A stretch of 64,000 bases of DNA, taken from Isurus oxyrinchus. Its lineage: Eukaryota. Of the stretch, positions 50,701 to 59,700 are shown in pieces. The notes below the pieces were generated by a model. The model saw only the letters and a list, made by a program, of their open reading frames with translations, searched no databases and was not told where the DNA came from. The first letter of the stretch is position 1. Every line of letters begins with the position of its first letter. A program made the position numbers and the translations under genes. The DNA lies in assembly GCA_026770705.1 (NCBI GenBank), contig JANJGN010000031.1:2418001-2482000 (forward strand), in the 5' to 3' direction.

Positions 50701-53700
50701 ACCTCTCTCTGCTCTGCCAATGTTAAATTATCACACCGTTTAGGATGAGCAGATATTTCCTCCAGTTAAATATTGGATAGCCTGAAGCTATTGTTTAGGT
50801 TTCCTGTTCCAAACTCCATTCCCTACCTAGCAACTCCATCTCTCTCCCTGGGAATAGTGCAAGACTAATCAGTCTGTTTGCTATCTTTGGTGTTATGTTT
50901 GACCTTGCTGATGAGCTTCTGCCCACATATCCATGCTGTCACCAAGACTGCCTATTTCAATCTCTCAAATCACCCAATTCTGCCATGCCTCCATTAACGT
51001 ACTGTGCAAACCCCTCTTCATGTCTTTGATACCTCCATGTTCGAACCTTTGGTCATCCAAAACTCCCTTATCTAAACTTGCATCAAATCCCATTCACCCA
51101 TCAGCCCTTGCTTGCTGACCTACACTAGCTCCTGGTTAAGCAATGCCTCTAATTTAAAATCATCCTTGTTTTCAAATCCCTTCATGGCCATGTAATCTTC
51201 TCCGGACCCACAACTTTCTGTTGTGTGTTTCTAATGTACTCCTGAGCATCCAGAATTGTAATCACTCCTCCACTGGTGGCTGTGTCTTCAACTGCCTGGG
51301 CCCTAAGCTCTGGAATTCTCTGTTAACCTCTTTGCTTCTCTATCTCACTTTTCACCTTGGTACCTTCTCCATTAAAGTTGCTATGTAAATGCAAGTTCTG
51401 TGTAATGATTTCTGCTGAACTTGCATCCAGACGCCGGGACTGAATTGGACTTGACAGTGATTAGCTTGACTCCTTTGCAGTCAGTGCTCCCTTTATCAGA
51501 TAGCTTGCTGACACTCGATGTCCAGTTCTACCTGTAAATGCTTCTATGGGTAAGGTATTGGGCATCCATTCAGAACCGTGATTGAGCCTCCCGAAGAGAT
51601 CTTCTCAGAAATCTGCTTTTTGAACTGCTGACTAGGGAGATTGAGTGCTGAAAGGGGCTGGGCTAGTATTATTCAAGTATGAATATGCTTGTATCTGTAT
51701 TTCCAACATTACAATAGTGACTACATTTCCAAAAGTACTGCACTGGCTGTAAAATGTTTTGAGATGTCCGGTGATTGTGAAGAGCACTATATAAATGCAA
51801 GCCTGTCTTTTGTATTGAAGTTCAGGAGAACTCCAGCTCAAGGCCTGTTTGAACTTTGTTTGAGTGTCTGATTGTGTTTGTTACGCTTGCCTTAACAAAA
51901 TGGTTTAGGCTGACAGCACTGGGAGGCTGGGATTTGAAGAATTTAAGTTCCTTTGGAACAAGATTAAGATGTGGCAGGTATGTATATGTCAGCAGAATGT
52001 GTAAGTAACTAAGGCCACGTACATGTGTCTATATCTGGCTCGGTATATGCTGGGCAATTGCTTCTCTCGGGCTCATTGGCCACAATCACAGTATAGCCAG
52101 GGCACATTGTGTTGCTAAGCCATATGCATTAGAAAGCTCCGTGTTCGATGGGTAACCAAAACAATCACCTTGCTTTTAAATATAACTTAGGCTCAGACTC
52201 ACTTAATTGTGCACAATTGGCATAAAATGAAATTAAGTGAATCTTAAAGGCTGATTTCAAATATATCAGCAAAGCTTTACCCTAGCAGTAGGAGAAAGTA
52301 CTCGGGACACAGATTTTGTACGGGCACCATGTCAAGCAGGTTACTTTCTGTAAATAAAGTTATTCAATAATGGCTGCCTGCAGTTCAGCATATGTTAGTT
52401 TAAACAGTACTATACACAAACTTTCTTATGTGGAGGACTTGCTGCAGTTTTCTATCTAAGTGTAGCACTTCTTCTTTCATACCCTTTCTCATCACTTCTG
52501 TTTTACTGCTTCATTGCAAATCCCTTGTTCCTCATGGTCTACATGAATCTTGCTAAATTTGTTCAGTCAGCAACCCTCTAACAATACACTGGTATCCCTG
52601 CAATTAGCATCTGAAAGCTTGAACTATCTTTGACCCAGCACATTCTCTCCCTCTGATAACTATTTGTCTTTGAGGTTCTTTCAACATGCAGGTCCCCGGA
52701 CCCCTTTCACGTATCCACCTCAGTGCTTCCCACCAGGTTACTGGCACTCAATCTTTGTCTCCATGGGCTTCTTTCTCAAGTGCCATCACTAAATGTTCTA
52801 GACGTGGAATTGTACAGTGGTTACAGCAGAGAAAGAGGCTGTTTGGCCCACTGTCTTTGCCAACTCTGCAAAAGCTGCTCGCCCAGTGCTACTCCCCTGC
52901 CTTTACCCATGGTACTGCAATTTTTTTCTTTTCTGACAATGATCCAATTCTGTTCTGAAGGCCTCAGTTGAATCTGTCTCCATCACATCCTCGGGCAGTG
53001 TGTTTACTGGGTTGTTATTTTAATAAAGTTTGCCGTGGTGGCTCCATTGCTTCTTTTGCCAATAGTCTTAAACCTGTGTGCTCTTGTTCTCAATCCTTCC
53101 ACCAATGGGAACAGTTTCTCCCTATTTATTCTATTCAGACCCCTCCTGATTTTAAACACTTCTATCAAATCCCTCCTGAACCTTCTCTTCAAGGAAAAAC
53201 TGAAGCTCCTCATGCCTAGAAACATTCTTGTGAATCTTTTGCGCGCACACAAACGCTTTCTCATTCTTCCTAAAGTGTACTGCCCACAATTGAACACACT
53301 ACTCCAGTTGAGGCTGAAACTTAGTGTTTTATAAAGATTCGCCATTACTTCTGAAGAAGTTGTACAGATTTGTCACCTTCACTCTGTTTTTCTCCCCACA
53401 GGCGTTGCCGGACCTGCTGAGTTTTTCCAGCATTTTCTGTTTTAATTCATCATAACGTTTTTGTACTGTGTGCTCCTATTTATAAAGCCCAGGATCCCTT
53501 GTACTTTACTAAGCATTCTGTCATCCTACCCTACTGCCTTTAAATGACTTATGCATATATACCCCCAGTCCCTCTGCTCCTGCGTTCCCTTTACAATTGT
53601 ACCCTTTATTTTATATTGCTTTGCCTCATTCTTCCTCCCAAATGAATCATTTCTCACTTCTCTGCATTAAATTTAATTAGCCATTTCTCAAATTTCACAT

Positions 53701-56700
53701 GAATTAACTATTTCAAAGTGTTGATGTTTAAAGCTGCACCATGTTTCTGATAAGAAAAATTAACATCACAATTTTTACAAAGAGAGCATGGAAATAGGAG
53801 CTCATTTAGCCCCTCTGGACTGCTCCACAATTCACCTTTGTCTTGGCTGATCTGTATCTTGACTCCATTGGTTCCAAATCTCATTAAAACCCTCTTCCAA
53901 CAAAAAATCTCTGCCTTGTTTTTGACATTTTAAACTACCCCCAGTCCCAGCAACTTTGGGTGGAAAGAGTTCCAGATTTCTATTTCCCTTTTGTAAAGAA
54001 ATGTTTCCAGGCATTTTTGAATGGTAGAAATGGAGCTGCATTTCTATTAATGACTGTCCACTGAGCCCTGCTGAGACATGTACATCTCCTAATCAAATGC
54101 CACGTAACACGTTCTAGCTCAGTTTTTGCACACATGTAAAGTGTAGACATTTGGGCTGAGGTATGGTTTAGGGTGAATAATGTAATTGTTTTTCCACTGA
54201 ATCTGTGCCCTGACCAGCTACTCTGGCCACTTGTGTTTAAACTAACTGCATGATTCACCTTCCCAGGGTATCTACAAAAGATTCGACGCCGACAAATCGG
54301 GAACAATTAACAGCCAGGAGCTGCCTGGGGCATTCGAAGCTGCAGGTGAGATGTATGACCGGCTGGTCAGCAGCTCCACGATGGGGCATTGGGGAGAAGG
54401 TGGTGCCAAGGGCACATTTTGCAGCATTTTTCAACACTTCCCAATGTAACATGTCTACCTTCAATTGCAAATGATCCTTTATCCAGGTAGTTTATTATGT
54501 CTCTGCACCCTAATCCTTTAAAAGCCTTTCAAGTGGAACCTTAAGTGATTTCTGTAAATTGAAACATTATGAAACAGGCAGCCCACCTCTACTAATTGAA
54601 ATATCTCAGCAATATTTGAGATTCATCATAACTGCTTTGTGACCATTCTGAATGCCTGCTATCCTCTGCCCTTAAGATAAACATAGGTATTTATAATAAC
54701 CATTTGATAAATTAGTGGATTCTATTTAAAAACTTCCCCAAGGCCATCTGGCTGTTTTAGTACCAAACTCTCAACGGCTTCTTCAACAACACCCCCCCCA
54801 ACCCCTCAGACCTGTAACTTCCACCTAGAGGGCAGCAGATGCTGACCATCCTGACTAGGAAACATATCGCTGTTCCTTCTTGCTGGGTCAAAATCTTGGA
54901 ATTTCCTCAGCATAGCAACACAATGGGCATACTGTCATCACCAGCATGTCAAGGGAGCCTAGGGATGAGCAATAAATGCTTGTCTTGCTATTGAATCCCA
55001 CATCCTGAGAATAGAATTTTTAAAATAAAAAGCTGAACCGCCCCCCACCCCCTGCAGGATGTTGTACCTTGGGTTGCCGACTAGTTAATGATCTGTGTTG
55101 TACTGTTCAGAGAAGAGTTGACGGCCGAGGTTCTTGCAAACATGACTGCTATTGGAAAGGGTGTTGGTGTGTCTTCAGGTGAATAGAAACTAGCAGCAGT
55201 AGGCCATTCGGCCCCTCAAGCCGAAACGGAAAAAATGCCACTCATATTTGTCTGCACACTGTCAATTTCCAAACAAAGAACTTGTGCTTGGGTAAGGTTT
55301 GGAAGGGCAGTGTACCCTAGCATGGATTCTCAGAGGAGTGCAGTCAACAGTGAAGACTAACCTGACAAATGTACCTATGTGGTTTAGAAGTGTCTTTATA
55401 TATCATGACTGCAGGTTGGAACTCTGAAGTGGGTTTGACAGTTAACCTTATTCTCTTTGTCTCCTCTCAGGATATCCTCTGAATGATCAACTTTACCGAT
55501 TGCTGTATCGCCGATATGCCAATGAATCTGGTGACATGGACTTTGACAACTACATTGCCTGCTTAGTCCGACTGGACGCAATGCTTAGTAAGTGGGGTTC
55601 TGTCACCTATTGAATATTTGGTAATTATATGGGCGCTGGACAATCCGGACTGAAATAAGTCTTGTGAAATTGTCTTTGGATTCTGTAGGGCAGCAATATT
55701 GAAGCTATTTGTGGGTTATTGCTGTGTTCGAAACATGTATTTTAGTCTGTTTTGTTTCAGGTACTGTGCACGCTAGTCTCAGTGCAAAATAGATTGACAT
55801 GGATAATTCCAAAGCTGGGATATTATAGTCACCAGGGAAGTCTGACCAGACTGGTGCTCTTTTTTTTTTTCTCTAATAAGGGAAGACAGGGTGACCTGAA
55901 AGAGGTCTTTAAAAGTTATTGAGCAAGTTTCTATTTGTGCAGGTGTCCAAAGCACCCCTTGCACTCTCGTAAATATGAGACACTCACCAATATTCCCAAT
56001 GGGGAATTCTATAGAAATATCTTTACCCCAGAGAATGGTAAGGATGTGGAACTTGCTACCGTGGAACAGGCTGAGGTGAATAGAATAGATGCATTTAAGG
56101 AGAAGCTAGATACGTACATGAGAGAAAAAAGAATAGAAGGATTTGTTGATGGAAACAGAAAAATGCTGGAGACACTCAGCAGGTTTGGAAAGAAAGAGTT
56201 TTAACAGGCGGAATCTTCTGTTGGTGGCGAGGGTCCCCCCCGCCAGCTGGAGAGCCAGTGGGAGACCTGCGCTCACTGACTCTTCATTGGAAGGCCTGTT
56301 GGATCTTATGCTAATCGGGCAGATCTGGGGACATCACTGGGCCTTCCTCTCAGAATCCTGTCCCCAGAGGTGGAAGTGCTGCTCACCCAGAACAGTTGGA
56401 AAGTCAGAAACTGGCAGCTTGTGATCAATAGCGCCACAGAGGTGGCTGTGGTTGCTGCTGGAACAGCATCCCCCTGCCCCCCTGCTGGAGTCCCAGGAGA
56501 AAGGTAAGTGATGTGGGGTTGGTGCAGGTGCTCTTGCAGCTAGCTCCCTGCCTGATGCCGTTGCCCTCAATTAGGCATTGAGTGCCTTTGATCGAGGGAA
56601 CCCCCAGTCCAGGTGGCAGGTGTTGCACACACTCTTGCCAGTTGTCCAGACTGCACGTTGGCAGCGCTGCTTAGAGCTGGGTTAACCCCAGCAGCAGCTG

Positions 56701-59700
56701 GAAGAGGCCATTTAAGTGGTCACTAACTGGCCACTTAAGAGTCTCGGTCAACCTTCTTGCCCTACCGCCATGCTAGGTGGTTGAATTGTGACACAGTAAA
56801 GGATGACCTTACCTCCACTGTGTTAACTCTGAACTTAATTCTGGTGGTACACCACCATCCCACCTAATTAAATGCCCTTCCTGCCTCCAAGCTCAACACC
56901 TCCAGGAACAGAAGATTCTGCCCACCGCCTCGGGTCTGAGTTCTGATGAAAGGTCATCAACCTGGAGCGCTAACTCTGTTTCTCTCTCTGCAGATGCTGT
57001 CTGACCTCCTGAGCATTTCTAGCATTTCATGTTTTTGTTACAGATTTCCAGCATCGGCAGTATTTTGCTTTGGTGTTTGTGATGCTTTGATGGGGTTAAT
57101 TGGAGGAATCGAAGGAACCATGTGGAATATAAACCAGTTGGCCCGAATAGCCAGTTTTCCTCTTGTAAATCGGACAGAGCCCTATCATATATAGGATTCC
57201 TTGGCTGGTCAATAGGTGCCAGGGTTCAGAGGGTCTAGTAGGACTCAGGTTGAAGGTTGGGGACCCAGTTCAAAGGGAGGGAAAGCTGTGTGACGGACCC
57301 TGCCTGTTTGTTGAGTTTTTTTTAGGAGTTGACTGAGATCCAAAGCATGTGATTTCCCCAAATGGGAATGAGTTGTGTGTTTTTGTTTTTGTTAGCAGAG
57401 CCTTTGTTTCACATCTGCTCTGGGTTTTATCCAACCTACTGGAAGTATGTGGTTAAAAAAAGACATTTTTCTGCAGTGAGCTGTACTCATAATTGCAACC
57501 TTGAGTTGACTTTTTTTCAAACTTTTTTTTTGTCTAAATTTGTTTAGAGAGGAAGGATGGAACTTCTAAAATCTGCAAACAGCAGCAGTCCAAGTTGCTG
57601 TGTTCAGTCGCTTTTTAAAAATAATTGGGTTATTAATCCTGGAACACAGGAGGGGGCCATTCGGTTCATAGTATCTGTGCTTCTTTGAAAAAGCTTTCCT
57701 ATTAGTCCCAGTCCCTCTGCCCGCTCTTTGCAAAATTTGCCATTTTGCGTATTTATCCAATTTTCATATGAAAGCTATAATTGAATCTGCTTCCGTTTCA
57801 AACAGTGCATTCCATAATGATTAATTTAAAGATTTTTTAAACTAAACTACACTTCTTCGTCTATTTCACTCCCCTGTTCCCGTTTCCCTCCCCAGTCTGG
57901 TCATTTAAAAGTTTTTAAACCACTGTACCTTTTCAGCTTTAGAAGCTTCTGAACAGCACTAATTAACCCCTGTATTTAAAATAAAAATATAAGCTTGAGC
58001 TCATTCTAAACTTTAAGATAAAAGCAAAATACTGCAGATGCTGGAAGTCTGAAACAAAAACAGAAAATGCTGGAAGAAAACTCAGGTCTCACAGCGTCTG
58101 TGGAGAGAGAAACAAGATAATGTTTCGAGTCAGTATGACTCAGAGCTGAAGAAGAGTTGTAAGGACTTGAAACGTTAACTCTTTTTCTCTCCACAGATAC
58201 TGTTAGGCCGGCTGAGTTTTGCCAGCATTTTCTGTTTTTGTTTCATTTAAAACTTTGTCTGTCTGACCTAATTCACACCAAAAGTCCAGTTGTCATATAT
58301 CACCCTGTCCTCACTGACAGACAAAGACTCCGACATCAACTCTTAGGCAGTGCCTTGATTTTTAAAATTCGCTCCTTGTTTTCAAATTCCTCCGTGATCT
58401 CGCTCCTTTAGAGTCTCTGTAACCTCCAATGGCCCAGCAACCTCGGGATCTCTGTGCTCTTCCAATTCTGGCCTCTTGTGCAGCCCTGGTTTGCTTTGCT
58501 CCATTATTGGTGGCCTTGCATTCAGTAGTCTGGGCCCTAAGCTCTGGAACTCCCTCACTCAACCTCTCCACCCCTCTTTCTTCCTTCTTTAAGCTCTTTA
58601 TAATCTATCTCTTTGGTCATCTCCTTACGTGGCTTGGTGTCAGGTTTGTTTGATGATTGCTCCTGTGAAGTACCTTGAGACATCTTATTCCATTAAAGAT
58701 GCTGCTTAAATGTGAGTCACTGTTGGGGAGAGCTGGTTGGGCTTCACTTCTTCTGTTTCACTTGCAGGATCATTCAAAACTTTGGATAAGGACAACAATG
58801 GCTCCATCAAAGTTAACATAGTGGAGGTAAGGTCATCCTTTACTGTGTTACAATTCAACCACCTAGCACCTGTTGGAGCTGATCTTCTTATTCCACCAAC
58901 TAATGGGAAGATGTGGAGGAACGAATCTGCAGTGAAAATTACAGAAAGATCCAAAAATTAGAGTAGTCACAATGGGGGACTTATCCTAATATAGACTGGG
59001 AAATTAATAGGACAGAAGAGAAGAGAGTAGGGAGTTCCTAGAGCGTGTTCAGGAGAATTTTCAACATCCAGTGTGTTTCCAGTTCGATGAGAAAGGAGGC
59101 TTTGCTGGATCTGGTTCTGGGGAACAAGGTGGGTCAAAGTGTGAAGGGGAACATTTCCAGGAGAGTAATCATAAGGTAATATGGAAAAGGACAAGGAGCA
59201 ATTCAGGGTAAAAATAATGAATTGGGTTGAGAACTGATCTGACCCAGGATAAATTAGAGTCAAAGATTGACAGGCAAAACTATTAAAGGTGCTATGGGCT
59301 GCCTTTTAAAGAGGAGAGAGCTCGAGTACAGGGGGCAAGGTAGGACAAACTAATCCAAAGCTCCCTGGATGATGAAAGAGAATGCAAGATGAAACCAGAG
59401 AAAAGTGCAAAATAAAGCTTTTGGATGGATATTACAATTGAAACAGACTGAAATATAAAAGACTCTAGAGGGGGAGATGAAACTTCTGATGATAGACTAA
59501 CTGGCCCGTGGCTGCAAGGACTTCCTCACACCCTTCCTTGTATAAGGGTGTCACATTTACCATTCTCCAATCGTCTGGCCCTCCCCCATATCTAGGGAAG
59601 ATTGAAAGAAGCGGCAAACCTTTCTGCTATTTCCAACCCCACAACCTGGGATGTAGCTATCTGGGCCGGGTAACTTATAAGCATAGCCAGCTTTTCCAGT

